Shown: positions 17,523 through 27,871, counted from the stretch's first letter. The stretch: DNA of 64,000 nt from Patescibacteria group bacterium (GCA_041659765.1 JBAZXR010000001.1:44537-108536); one strand, 5' to 3'. Translations and numbers: made by a program. The notes: generated from the letters alone by a model not told the origin.

Positions 17523-18647
17523 TTAGAATGTTCCGGTGGCTACGTAATTAATCGTAGTGGTGTATGTACCTGCTTCTGTGGAGCCGGTGATGTTCGCCAC
17601 ATAGATGGCGTCGTAGGTTGAGGTTGCAGACGGCCCGGTAGAAGACGCGACTTGGTCTCCAACGTATGTGCTCATGCTGGCCGTGTCATATGCGTATCCA
17701 GCTGCCGCGTAAGGCGACGTTACCGTGCCTGAGCCACCGGCGACTGTGTAGCGTACGCCGAACTGTTCGGTGCCAACCGAGGAAGCGCTATTGGCTGCGC
17801 CGATTGCGGTGATTGTGGGGTTGCCTGCGGATGAGGAAGTCAGGGTGGATCCGTTTATAGTGACCGCGAATCCGCTGACGGCGTTTGTGGCTACGGCAAA
17901 GGTATGGGCAGTAGCCGCAGTAGAAGATCCGTTGGTGTCGCCTGTTGCAAAACGGTCATCGGCTGAATCCAGGGGACCAAAACCGATAGTGTTATCGCTG
18001 ACAGCGAAGGTGAGAGTTGAGTTCACAGTTGCCGTCACTACTACGTCAGCGTTAGTTTCAATGACTATTGCCCCCTGGCCACTGGTGGTGTTACCGGTGG
18101 CATATGTGATGGTGTAAAGAGAGGAATCTACATCAACATTATTTGAGATAGTGCCAGCGCCTGTGGCTGTTGTACCAAACACGCGAAAAGTTGTAGCGGT
18201 AGCGGCAGTATTAGCTACCCAACCGGAACAGAACGTGATAGTGAAGGTTTCATTAGTGTCATCAATTGTAACCATGTAATTATCTGTAGCTGTACAGGAA
18301 GGAGCTGCGCCCACTGTCAGCGGGGCTGTAGCAGTGTGGTTAGTGTCTGTAAAAGCAAAATCGGCCGTGACCCATGAAGCCGCTGCCAGGAATGAAAAAT
18401 TGGCGGAGGCGAAATCAATTGTGATAGTGCCGCCGGTAAGGTTCTGTCCAGTGCTGGTCCAAGAAAGGGTGTGGTTTGAAGTGGCACTTGGCGCCTGATC
18501 CGTCATGACGTCTGAGATCGCGCTGATGCCGGCGGCGTAAGCGATCGGAGTAAACGCCCCAAGCAATGGACCTATGACCATGGCAGCGATCGCCACCATC
18601 AAGCTGAGGCTGGATTTTATACTTTTATTAAACGAATCCGTGCTCAT
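17523..18647 (-). CDS. Secreted Thr/Ala-rich WxL-like surface subunit
   Basis: Signal peptide (AYA-A); C-terminal ~170-aa domain ending AGTYTTTINYVATGTF, paralogous to the neighbouring gene; start could be 18677. Confidence 0.65.
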   Translation of the reverse strand: MSTDSFNKSIKSSLSLMVAIAAMVIGPLLGAFTPIAYAAGISAISDVMTDQAPSATSNHTLSWTSTGQNLTGGTITIDFASANFSFLAAASWVTADFAFTDTNHTATAPLTVGAAPSCTATDNYMVTIDDTNETFTITFCSGWVANTAATATTFRVFGTTATGAGTISNNVDVDSSLYTITYATGNTTSGQGAIVIETNADVVVTATVNSTLTFAVSDNTIGFGPLDSADDRFATGDTNGSSTAATAHTFAVATNAVSGFAVTINGSTLTSSSAGNPTITAIGAANSASSVGTEQFGVRYTVAGGSGTVTSPYAAAGYAYDTASMSTYVGDQVASSTGPSATSTYDAIYVANITGSTEAGTYTTTINYVATGTF

Positions 18648-18772
18648 ACGTAATAATTTGAATCCAGCGTTTATCATTATTATTATATCAGCAATAGTTA
18701 TTAACTATGGAGAGTGGGGAGTGAATGTTGATAACTAATTTATGTCAGTATGAGTGTGGATTAAGTAAAAGG

Positions 18773-19750
18773 TTAAAAAGTTCCAGTTACCACGTAATAT
18801 AAGGTAGTGGAGTAGGCTCCGGATTCAGTTAGGCTGGTGATGTTGGCTAGGTATCTGGCTGAGTAGGTAGTAGTTACGTCGTCGCCGGAAGTAGCGCCAG
18901 CTACTTGGACGGCGGTTGAATCAGTGGCGTTATAAGCAAAACCGGAGGCCGCGTAGGGAGAGGTAACCGTGCCAACTCCGCCAGCAGCAGTCAGACGGAG
19001 ACCGAATTGTTCGGTGCCGGCAGTCGGGACGGTGTTGGTTCCACCAATAGCGGTGATAGTACCGCCGGCGGCGGTCAGGGTTGCGCCCCGGACGGTTAGC
19101 GCATATCCATTATAGGCGGTGGTGCTGATAGCTAGCGTGTGAGCTTCGACTTCTGTAGTTGAGCCGTTGGTGTCGCCGGTAGCATAGGTCGATTGGCTAG
19201 TTGAAAGAGAGCCAAAACCGATTGAGTTATCGCTGACGCTAAAGGTTAGGGTTTGCGGGGGCAGAGCCGTCGCACAAATTTTTACGGAGTAAGCATTGCC
19301 ATCACCAATATGACTGTTAGTTGTGGCCGTCATCGAACCGATTGTTGTATCGAAACCGGAGCAGTTAGTTGCTTGATAGCCGACTGAAACTGTACCACCA
19401 GCCGCGACCGACAGGCAGGCGTCATTGCCTGAGTAGTTTGCTTCCGTGTTTTGCTCAATATGAGCGTTGGTCGCGCCTGAAAGTTTTACTACGGTCGCAT
19501 TTACACCGGTAACACAGCTGGTCCCAAGCCCGACAACATTCGAACAACAAACCATATAGGTATAGTTTGCTTGACTGGGTATCTCGGCATGGTTGCCATT
19601 TGGATCATACATTCGTAAAAGAACTGTTCCCGTTGGACAAGATGTAGTGACCGTGCAGGATAACGTGCCTGCGCGAGCGATAGGTGCACCAAAAAGTAGG
19701 CCGAGCGAGGCCAGGAGAAGAAAAACGGTGGGAGATAGACGGTGGGTTAT
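18773..19750 (-). CDS. Secreted WxL-like subunit with a Cys-rich N-domain; probable ATA start
   Basis: Frame stays open 47 codons above ATG 19612 and encodes a signal peptide (ITHRLSPTVFLLLASLGLLFGAPIARA); C-domain ends SGAYSTTLYYVVTGTF. Confidence 0.65.
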   Translation of the reverse strand: MTHRLSPTVFLLLASLGLLFGAPIARAGTLSCTVTTSCPTGTVLLRMYDPNGNHAEIPSQANYTYMVCCSNVVGLGTSCVTGVNATVVKLSGATNAHIEQNTEANYSGNDACLSVAAGGTVSVGYQATNCSGFDTTIGSMTATTNSHIGDGNAYSVKICATALPPQTLTFSVSDNSIGFGSLSTSQSTYATGDTNGSTTEVEAHTLAISTTAYNGYALTVRGATLTAAGGTITAIGGTNTVPTAGTEQFGLRLTAAGGVGTVTSPYAASGFAYNATDSTAVQVAGATSGDDVTTTYSARYLANITSLTESGAYSTTLYYVVTGTF

Positions 19751-19753
19751 AGA

Positions 19754-20179
19754 TTAGGGGGAAATAGGAGGGGCGGCCGGTGCGGGCATTGGTTCTGGTG
19801 TCGGAGCTGGAGCTGGAGACGTTTCTGCTTGGGGCTCTTGGACTAAGCTTACGACAGAAATTTCAACCACTTTATTGGTTGAGGGTCGGTAGAGAATAGC
19901 TTTTTTCTCTTCTGGATAGACCAGAATCATGTCGCCTTTGAGTGCGGTGGGAAAAAGACCTTGTTTTTTCAGAATTTCTGGGTCTTCAACAGTGGCGATT
20001 GTTGGTACGACTCCTTGTGGTAATTCGACCAAATTGCCTACGGCGGCGAGAGTTTCAGCCATGATATCCTGCGTCGGGATAATTTGGGGCACTGACATTA
20101 GCCTTAGGCCAAGGTAAATGTTGCCGGCAGTTGAGAAAAGTGAGTAGACGATGAGGGCAATTACCGCGAGTATTTTCAT
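19754..20179 (-). CDS. Membrane-anchored hypothetical protein
   Basis: N-terminal TM, VG.LVELP...PTIATV.D...F..A.KGD..LVY...KKAILYRPS.NKVV pattern recalled from CPR proteins, Pro-rich tail. Confidence 0.7.
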   Translation of the reverse strand: MKILAVIALIVYSLFSTAGNIYLGLRLMSVPQIIPTQDIMAETLAAVGNLVELPQGVVPTIATVEDPEILKKQGLFPTALKGDMILVYPEEKKAILYRPSTNKVVEISVVSLVQEPQAETSPAPAPTPEPMPAPAAPPISP

Positions 20180-20249
20180 AACAAGACCGCCTCCTTTGTC
20201 ATTATTAGTATGACTAAATCTTACCATGCGATGTAAAAACAAAGGAAGT

Positions 20250-23200
20250 TTAAGGAGTCGTAGTTGTGGTTATAGTTGGATCCGTGACAGGTGCCGGCGC
20301 TGGTTCGGTGACTGGTGCTGGATCGGTAGTGGTTGTGGTTGGAGCTGTATCGGTGACGATGGTTGTTGTGTCGAGCGGTGTCGTGATGATGGTGGTATCT
20401 GTTGTTGTGGTTGCTAGAGGATCAACAGCGGTAACGGTCGTGTCGATTGGAACCGTGGTGGTATCCGTGATTGGGGCGATTGAAGCTGTTGTATCGATTG
20501 GGGCGGTAGTAGTGTCAGTTGTCACCGTTTCTACGGGAGCAGGGGTAGGAGCGGGAGCGGGAACAGGGGCAGGAGCAGGAGCAATGGTGGTAGCTGCCGT
20601 GCTCGATTCATCTGTGCGTGCATCAGTGATGGCTAAGGCAACCCAGTTGAACGTGAGATCAGCTGTAGCCGGTGCGTTTAACATGATGGTAAAGCCAGTC
20701 ACATCTTTTCGGCTGACGACTGACTGAATACCGCTACTGAAGTAATTCGCTTCATCAAGCGAGGCAGCTATTTCATCTGGGATCTTCTCAAACGTGACGG
20801 AAGCTTGAACTACCGGGACGACATCATATGGTTTGTCAAAAGTAACCCGAACAAAGGTATCGCCGGAACGAATGACTGCAAAACCACCTGTGTCCTTATT
20901 AAAGTAAGGGCGGCCGATGATGCTCAGGTCACTCAAGATGCTGAGTCGGGCGCCGATTGAGCTGATCGAGTCTACTTGCAAACCACCGGTGAGAGTAGCA
21001 GTTCCGGTCACGTTTAACGTGCCAGGTAAATTAAGGCTAGTTATGGCTAGGCTATTTGATTCCAACGCAATTAAACGGCTCTGAATGTCAGCGATAGCTA
21101 AATTATTGGCTAAAACGCTTGTTTCCATGATGGTTAGGCGTGAATTAAGCCCGTCGAGGCCGGCCGAGAGAGCGTTGGTGACGGTCAGTTCTGCAGCTGT
21201 TTGAGCGGCGAGAGCGGCGGTGATTGTGGTGTTAGCCGTCTCGATCGCGATTGCCAGTTCTTCAGCTGTTACGTAGGCCGGGACGGTTGTAGTTGCCGTT
21301 GCTGGCGCTGTTGAGCCGTTAGTGATCACTGGGTCAGTTGCGCCAGCCACGAGTGGCGCTTCTGGAGCGTAGGAGTTATTTACGAAAGTGAGGACCGTAC
21401 CTAGGCCTTCGCCGGAGAAACCTGATAATGCTTGACCGATGACTCGTCCCTGAAGTGTGGAACGCATGGCGACGCCGGGGGTTGAGGATGCGGTGAGCAG
21501 ATCGCCTGGTTCAATGGGTCCATTTTCGCCCGTCACCTTAACTGGCACACGACCGGAAAGAGCTACCGGCAGAGCGGTGACGCCTTCATCGTCTACACCG
21601 CCCATGACTACGCCTGGACGAGTAGCAATAATTCCGAGCGTGTCGCGCTGATAGGCTGACGTTGTTTTCTTGACGCCTGCTTTGAGCGAGCCATCAAAAG
21701 CGACCACATCACCGGCTTCGATAGTCGAGTCTTTGGTGGTGTAGAATTCGGCCAAGTCAGCTCCAGAATCAATAACTGTAGCGACGGCCATCCCGCCAGC
21801 GGAGGCTCCGGATGCGGTGGATGAATAGGCGCAGAGCGCGTAGGTTTGAACGGCTGCACCGGCATTGGCCACCAGCGCGGCGGCGAAAATTGATGGACCG
21901 TTGGCATTGTTTGCGCTGGTGAGCGCGGCCGTACCGGAGTCAAGGAGCGTACCCGCGTTACACGAGCTGCCAGTTCTGATTTCGGCCGTGACTGTTTGGT
22001 CGGTGTTGCTGAGACTCTTGGTCCATAGATCGAGCGTGACGTAGACGTCGCCAGAAGGCGTGGACGGGGTAATGCTGACGGTGCTAATAAGATTAGCGGT
22101 GGCGCTCGTGGTTCCCGAGAGAGTTGTTTCTGTGAGTGAAGACTTACCGAGTTGCGTATCACCACCCAAACAATTTCTCCAAGCACCATTTTCATAGCAG
22201 CGATACTTATTCATGCTGGCGTTGTAGTACATGGCTCCATTTACGCCGGTGGGATCGCCCGCATCTGTTTTTGTATCAAGAACCAGGAGCGTGCCGGTAG
22301 TATCCGAATTACCGACGGCAACTTTCCCAGTGCCGTTGGGTTTTAACGCCAGGTCTCCATTGCTGCCCGTGGTGACATCAACGGCTCCAGCGCCAGTGTA
22401 AGCTTGGCCATTGCCAATCGTGACGCCGCTTGTGCCGGTTAATAATCCGGCCGAGGTAATAGTTCCAGAGCCGGAGGTTGAAATGTTCGAACTCGTAGTG
22501 ATGTCGCTCGCGGTTGAAATTAGACCGAAGCCGGAGGCGATCGAACCACCCGTTAGTGTGCCAACCGCGGTTAGGCTCGAAGTAATGATTGATCCTGCTA
22601 ATGTTGTGCCGCTCAAATCTCCAGCGGCATTGACTGTGATCGATGCATCCGGGAAGGTGATTGTGCGGTCAGCTGTTGGGTTAGTTATGGCTATGAAGGT
22701 TTCTGAGGTGTCATCAATCGAGCCTTCGAATATCAGTCCAGACATACCAAAGATACCGGCGTTAGCGGCTAGAGCAGGATCGCCAGATAAGGTTTGGGAA
22801 TAATCTAATCCCATGAGTACATCAGAGCCTGAAGGGGTGCTGATGAGTCCGGTTAATGGCGAAGTCGTGACAGACCGAACATATGTGCCGGTTGCGCTAC
22901 TGGTATCCTGACCGACGAACACTCTGATAACTCCTTGGCCACTTGCCCATGAATCAAGCGCCTGACCAATGATTACTCCGCCGCTGGTTGCTTTCATGGC
23001 GAGACCCGGGGTAGAGGAGGGGGAGAGGAGATCGCCAACTGCAACCGGTCCATTTTCATCAGTGATTTTTACCGGCACGCGACCTTTGAGGGCCACATAT
23101 CGTCCATTGGTTGTGTCGCCAGCGCCGGTCGCCTCCGCTATACCGGTGAGTGCTAAACCGGGGTTGTCAGAAATAACCCCGATAGTCAGTGGGTCAGTTG

Positions 23201-26200
23201 GTGACGCCGTTTTTTCAACAAAGAGATTGCCGCTGGCAGAGAGCGCTACTACATCGCCAGCTTGCAGGTTGTCGGCCGGATTCGTGCTGTACATTTCGGC
23301 CAAGTCAGTAGAGGCGGCGGTAAAAGCTTGGGCGAACATAGTTAGCTGAGTCGTGCCGTTGGCTACACAGGCCAGACGACCAATCTGTGTTCCGCCATTG
23401 TTTTGGAAGATGATTCCTTCGGCTTGCGCGGTAGCGCAGGTGCCTTGGCCGGCACTATTAGTAGGCACTCTGATGATTCCAGTATTTCCGGCAGTCCCTG
23501 ATGCTATCTGAATAATACTTCCGGTTGAGGTGATATCAATGGCATGGCCAGTTCCAACATTAATATCAATCGCGGCTCCAGAAGTGAGCGCCGTACCGTG
23601 GATTACCAAGAGGTTGCCGGTGGTAGCGCTGTCTGCTGTCAGGTTAATAAGACCTGCGGTAACGGCTGTAGGCGCATAAACTCCGGTTGTTTGGATAAGC
23701 AATCCGTTGCCGGTGGTCGCGGCTCCCATTTCAATGTCTACCACTCTTCCGGTAGACGCCAAGCTGGCGCCACTACCCGTTAGGAGCATCCCTGCACCTG
23801 AAGTGATAGCGCTGGCAGTTATTGAGTGAGCAGTGGTTGTGGTGCCGGCAAAAGCTTGAGTTACGGCGCCAGTGCTGGCAATTTGATAAAGATCGCCGTT
23901 GCCAACAGTGAAGAGCGAAGCTGGCGTGGTATCGCCGATTCCAATATTCCCCGCGCCAAGAATAGTAAGCCTCGGAGTTCCAAAGCTTCCGGTATACAAC
24001 TGAAGACTTGTTGCGGCTGGAGTTCCTATGAGACCTGTGCCGGTGTTATCAACGGCCAGTTCGATTCCTGGGGTTACAGAGCTGTAAGTGTCATTAAACA
24101 GACCCATGAGGTACGGATTAAAATCGTCCTGATGGAACCCCGCTACGTAGCCGTTTGTGGCCACCGTTCCTCCGTCTATAACGGTGAATCGGTGCGCGGG
24201 TGCGGCGGAGCCAACACCAACAAATCCAGTGGATGTGTCTGCGTATAGTTGATTTGTGTTTACTGCAAAATCACCCGTTGTTGAGAGTACGATGTTCAGA
24301 TTTGAGCCAGCGGCTGGAGTTACCGTCAGGGCTCCGCTGCCGGTTGTAAGGTCACCGCCATTGACGGTGAGATCACCGGTGGCGGTGACATTGCCAGCGT
24401 TCGTAATTATCAGTTGGTCAGTCCCAGCACTATTTTCAAAGACCGCCAGATTTGAAGTCTGCGTAGCATTACCTTGAACAAGCAATTGGATTTCATCCGT
24501 ATCACCATCTATAGAAAACTTGCCAAGCGAAGCGCCGCCAATGCCCACGTTGTCTGTACTTGTCACGAGTGTCACATCTGTTCCACCATCTGTCCAACCA
24601 GCTGCCCCGGTGACGTCAGAGGTGAGGGCAATAGTGCCGGTTGCATCTGGCAATGTCCAAGTACGGCCTGCGGTTAAATCTGCAGAAGTTATAGATCCAG
24701 TAAAACTTGCTGCTGCGCCCGCCGACTGAGGGGTGATCGCTAAAATATCACTGCCAGCTGTAGACGAGCCGAACGTGGCGCTGCTCGTGGTGGTGAGCGT
24801 AGTAGCAACGGTTGAGCCAGCTAGGTTTAGAGTGTCTCCAGACAGACCAAGAGTAATAGTTCTAGCTCCTACTCCTCCAAGGCCATCGCCAGTGGCAGCT
24901 AATGAAAAACCCGTATTTCCGTCAATTTGGAAATTGAGAGTATGTGAGGCCGCGTCAGCTCCGGTTACGCTGATGTTGGTATTGAGGGTTGATTGGTTAG
25001 CGGCAGTGGTAATGGAGGCTAGAGCAACGATGGCACCGGAGGAATCCACTTGAAATAGATCTCCGCTACCAACGGTGAATAGGGAAGCTGGAGTGGTATC
25101 GCCAATACCTATGTTGCCGCCTACTGCAATTCTGATTGCTTCCGCGTTATTTTGGCCAAATATAACCGGATGACTGTCGAGGGTTCCCACCAGTAGCGAA
25201 GTAGTCCCGTTATACCCGAGCACAACCGCCGCGCCTCCGCGGGGGGCTCCAAACATTACTCCGGCTTGGGTATCACCGTAAGCAATTAAAGCCAGTTGTT
25301 TGTTGGAATTGTTCGTCACGCCGAGATACATGTAGTCAGCGGTATTTCCATTTTTAAAAGTTAGAACGTCACCACCGGCTTTGGTTGAGTAAACGTCAAG
25401 CACAGAGGCGGGAGTAGCGGTTCCAATACCCACGTTTCCACTAAAAATTGCCGCATAGTTATTTGTTGCTCCCGAGGCTGTTGCATAGAGGCCGACGTTC
25501 GTTGTGGACGCGCCAGTTTTGGAAAAATAACCAGCGTATCCAGTGCCTGTAATGGCGCCGGAGTGTGACACGTCAAGGCCTTTGGTTGAGGCGGTAGTTG
25601 ATGTTGATGTTATGGAGAAAGCATTGCCTGTTCCAGCATATGACTGGGTTACGGCCCCGGTTCCAGCAATAGCGAAGAGATCAGTTCCCGCACTATTTTC
25701 AAAGACCGCCAGATTTGAAGTCTGTGTAGCATTACCCTGAACAAGCAATTGGATTTCATCTGTATCACCATCTATAGAAAACTTACCAAGCGAAACGCCG
25801 CCAATGCCCACGTTGTCTGTGCTTGTCACGAGCGTCACATCCGTTCCGCCATCCGTCCAGCCAGCCGCCCCAGTGATGTCAGAGGTGAGGGCGATAGTGC
25901 CGGTTGCATCTGGCAATGTCCAAGTACGGCCTGCGGTTAAATCTGCAGAAGTTATAGATCCAGTAAAACTTGCCGCTGCGCCCGCCGACTGAGGGGTGAT
26001 CGCTAAAATATCACTGCCAGCTGTAGACGAGCCGAACGTGGCGCTGCTCGTGGTGGTGAGAGTGACGGCGAGCGTCGTAGCTGCGAGGTTGATGGTATCA
26101 AGCGAGTCGCCAATCGATACGGTGTCGGCATCAGTGTTAGTGGCGAGTGAGAGGGTGTCGCAGGTGGCCGTGTTACAGACGGTCATGGCTGCATTGGTTC

Positions 26201-26429
26201 CGCCAAAGTCAGTGGTAAGCGAGGTAAGAATAGTGGCATCTGCGTCAGGAACGGTAAAGGTTCGGAGGAGTGTGGGTCCGGTGATGGCAAATATTCCGTC
26301 CCCAACGCCGGTCCAAGGATGGCCAGGATTTGGGGTTGTGGCGCGCGCAATTAAAAGACCGGAAAAAGAAAGTCCGATAAGCAAACATGTGCTCCAGAGC
26401 AACCGGAAGGTTTTATTACGAAAACTCAT
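20250..26429 (-). CDS. Giant (~2060 aa) secreted fibre-like protein with two intramolecular-chaperone/peptidase-G2-like domains
   Basis: Signal peptide, GNVGIG repeats, internal duplication, two DLAE.Y...GDVV...GRVPVK...NGP...GDLL modules, coiled coil, Thr/Pro-rich tail; start 26429 or 26444. Confidence 0.8.
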   Translation of the reverse strand: MSFRNKTFRLLWSTCLLIGLSFSGLLIARATTPNPGHPWTGVGDGIFAITGPTLLRTFTVPDADATILTSLTTDFGGTNAAMTVCNTATCDTLSLATNTDADTVSIGDSLDTINLAATTLAVTLTTTSSATFGSSTAGSDILAITPQSAGAAASFTGSITSADLTAGRTWTLPDATGTIALTSDITGAAGWTDGGTDVTLVTSTDNVGIGGVSLGKFSIDGDTDEIQLLVQGNATQTSNLAVFENSAGTDLFAIAGTGAVTQSYAGTGNAFSITSTSTTASTKGLDVSHSGAITGTGYAGYFSKTGASTTNVGLYATASGATNNYAAIFSGNVGIGTATPASVLDVYSTKAGGDVLTFKNGNTADYMYLGVTNNSNKQLALIAYGDTQAGVMFGAPRGGAAVVLGYNGTTSLLVGTLDSHPVIFGQNNAEAIRIAVGGNIGIGDTTPASLFTVGSGDLFQVDSSGAIVALASITTAANQSTLNTNISVTGADAASHTLNFQIDGNTGFSLAATGDGLGGVGARTITLGLSGDTLNLAGSTVATTLTTTSSATFGSSTAGSDILAITPQSAGAAASFTGSITSADLTAGRTWTLPDATGTIALTSDVTGAAGWTDGGTDVTLVTSTDNVGIGGASLGKFSIDGDTDEIQLLVQGNATQTSNLAVFENSAGTDQLIITNAGNVTATGDLTVNGGDLTTGSGALTVTPAAGSNLNIVLSTTGDFAVNTNQLYADTSTGFVGVGSAAPAHRFTVIDGGTVATNGYVAGFHQDDFNPYLMGLFNDTYSSVTPGIELAVDNTGTGLIGTPAATSLQLYTGSFGTPRLTILGAGNIGIGDTTPASLFTVGNGDLYQIASTGAVTQAFAGTTTTAHSITASAITSGAGMLLTGSGASLASTGRVVDIEMGAATTGNGLLIQTTGVYAPTAVTAGLINLTADSATTGNLLVIHGTALTSGAAIDINVGTGHAIDITSTGSIIQIASGTAGNTGIIRVPTNSAGQGTCATAQAEGIIFQNNGGTQIGRLACVANGTTQLTMFAQAFTAASTDLAEMYSTNPADNLQAGDVVALSASGNLFVEKTASPTDPLTIGVISDNPGLALTGIAEATGAGDTTNGRYVALKGRVPVKITDENGPVAVGDLLSPSSTPGLAMKATSGGVIIGQALDSWASGQGVIRVFVGQDTSSATGTYVRSVTTSPLTGLISTPSGSDVLMGLDYSQTLSGDPALAANAGIFGMSGLIFEGSIDDTSETFIAITNPTADRTITFPDASITVNAAGDLSGTTLAGSIITSSLTAVGTLTGGSIASGFGLISTASDITTSSNISTSGSGTITSAGLLTGTSGVTIGNGQAYTGAGAVDVTTGSNGDLALKPNGTGKVAVGNSDTTGTLLVLDTKTDAGDPTGVNGAMYYNASMNKYRCYENGAWRNCLGGDTQLGKSSLTETTLSGTTSATANLISTVSITPSTPSGDVYVTLDLWTKSLSNTDQTVTAEIRTGSSCNAGTLLDSGTAALTSANNANGPSIFAAALVANAGAAVQTYALCAYSSTASGASAGGMAVATVIDSGADLAEFYTTKDSTIEAGDVVAFDGSLKAGVKKTTSAYQRDTLGIIATRPGVVMGGVDDEGVTALPVALSGRVPVKVTGENGPIEPGDLLTASSTPGVAMRSTLQGRVIGQALSGFSGEGLGTVLTFVNNSYAPEAPLVAGATDPVITNGSTAPATATTTVPAYVTAEELAIAIETANTTITAALAAQTAAELTVTNALSAGLDGLNSRLTIMETSVLANNLAIADIQSRLIALESNSLAITSLNLPGTLNVTGTATLTGGLQVDSISSIGARLSILSDLSIIGRPYFNKDTGGFAVIRSGDTFVRVTFDKPYDVVPVVQASVTFEKIPDEIAASLDEANYFSSGIQSVVSRKDVTGFTIMLNAPATADLTFNWVALAITDARTDESSTAATTIAPAPAPVPAPAPTPAPVETVTTDTTTAPIDTTASIAPITDTTTVPIDTTVTAVDPLATTTTDTTIITTPLDTTTIVTDTAPTTTTTDPAPVTEPAPAPVTDPTITTTTTP
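24418..24797 (-). repeat. Intragenic ~380-bp direct repeat, copy B (copy A at 25681-26060)
   Basis: Near-identical nucleotide and protein block offset by 1263 bp. Confidence 0.9.
25681..26060 (-). repeat. Intragenic ~380-bp direct repeat, copy A
   Basis: LTTTSSATFGSSTAGSDIL...NLAVFENSAGTD repeated at 24418-24797. Confidence 0.9.
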
Positions 26430-26523
26430 GTTTTTTGCAGGCAAAATTTTGCCTCTCTATATTATATATTGGGCTAGGTTAATTTTATTGGTTTATCCCC
26501 TTGATTTTTGGGTATCTTTCTAA

Positions 26524-27780
26524 TTATTTGAGGTATTTTTTGCCTTGGAGTTTTACGGGTAAAAATTCCTGCTTTGCATCTTCTTTGTTTTTAAAAGCGG
26601 GAGTGTATTTATAGTCTTTGCCGTAGCCAAGATTTTTCATGAGCTTGGTGGGTGCATTTCGGATGTGAAGCGGCACTGGCTCATTCGGGAGATCGCGAAT
26701 ATCTTGTTGAACGGCTCCGTATGCTTCATACAGGGCGTTTGATTTTGGTGCTTTGGCTAGATAGGCAACACATTGTGCGAGGACTACATTGCATTCCGGC
26801 AACCCAAGCAGATGGGACGCTTGATATGCTGCAACGGCTTGGACGAGCGCAGCCGGATCTGCGAGACCGACATCTTCCGCAGCGAACCGAACGAGCCGAC
26901 GAGCCACGTAGAGCGGATCTTCTCCAGCTTCGAGCATTCGGCCCAGCCAGTAGAGGGCGGCATCCGCATCGTTTCCGCGCATGGATTTATGGAGCGCAGA
27001 AATGATGTTGTAGTGCTCCTCCCCGGTGCGGTCGTAGAGCAAATGCGTCTTCTGGAGAGCCTCTGACAGCACATCCTTCGTGATGTGTATGGCGTTATCC
27101 ACAAGAGGGGATATTTTGGCGGCAATCTCCAATGTATTCAGGGCGTTCCGAGCATCTCCGTTTGCTAAAAGTGCCAGCGCTTGAACAGCCTCGTCATCCA
27201 TGGCGATGGGCTCATTCCCGAGTCCTGACTCCTTGTCTGTGATGGCTCGACGGATTACTGCAGAGAGTTCTTTTTCCCCTAAACGTTCGAGCACCACAAC
27301 GCGGGCACGCGAGAGAAGCGCGGAGTTCACCTCGAAAGACGGATTTTCCGTGGTGGCGCCGATGAGCGTGATAATTCCTTTTTCGACCGCGGGCAAAAAT
27401 GCATCCTGTTGCGATTTATTGAAGCGATGGATTTCGTCGACGAAGAGAATGGTCCGTTCGCCATAAAACTTTCGGCGTTCTTCTGCGTCTTTGAGAATAT
27501 CTCGTACATCTTTCACCCCGCCAGAGACTGCGCTTAACGGAAGAAAACGCGCTTTTGTCATTTTTGCAATGATCTGGGCGAGTGTAGTTTTTCCTACTCC
27601 CGGCGGTCCCCAAAAAATAAGCGAGGGGAGATTGTCTCGCTCAATCATGGTGCGCAAATATTTTCCTTCGCCAATAATCGCCATCTGACCTTCAAAGTCT
27701 TCAAGCGTCTGCGGACGCATGCGTTCCGCAAGGGGAGTACTCGGGAGTTTGGTTTTGAGCTGCACGTCAAAGAGATCCAT
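26524..27780 (-). CDS. rarA: Replication-associated recombination protein A (MgsA/RarA AAA+ ATPase)
   Basis: [63 protein letters not shown]. Confidence 0.95.
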   Translation of the reverse strand: MDLFDVQLKTKLPSTPLAERMRPQTLEDFEGQMAIIGEGKYLRTMIERDNLPSLIFWGPPGVGKTTLAQIIAKMTKARFLPLSAVSGGVKDVRDILKDAEERRKFYGERTILFVDEIHRFNKSQQDAFLPAVEKGIITLIGATTENPSFEVNSALLSRARVVVLERLGEKELSAVIRRAITDKESGLGNEPIAMDDEAVQALALLANGDARNALNTLEIAAKISPLVDNAIHITKDVLSEALQKTHLLYDRTGEEHYNIISALHKSMRGNDADAALYWLGRMLEAGEDPLYVARRLVRFAAEDVGLADPAALVQAVAAYQASHLLGLPECNVVLAQCVAYLAKAPKSNALYEAYGAVQQDIRDLPNEPVPLHIRNAPTKLMKNLGYGKDYKYTPAFKNKEDAKQEFLPVKLQGKKYLK

Positions 27781-27871
27781 ATGGAGCTAGTGTACGGCAT
27801 CTGTTCGGCTGCGCAAAGAAGCGTGGAGAACTCGGCGAATGTTCGCATAACATTGGTATACTGAAGTAAAT

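Noticed and set aside
18726-18763. Two DnaA-box-like 9-mers (and a perfect TTATCCACA inside rarA at 27095-27103)
   Set aside because: Too few and mismatched, with no dnaA or unwinding element nearby; not supportable as oriC.
20250-26444. Prophage interpretation of the tail-fibre-like giant gene
   Set aside because: The gene has a signal peptide and sits in a cell-surface operon; no capsid, terminase, portal or integrase genes are present.
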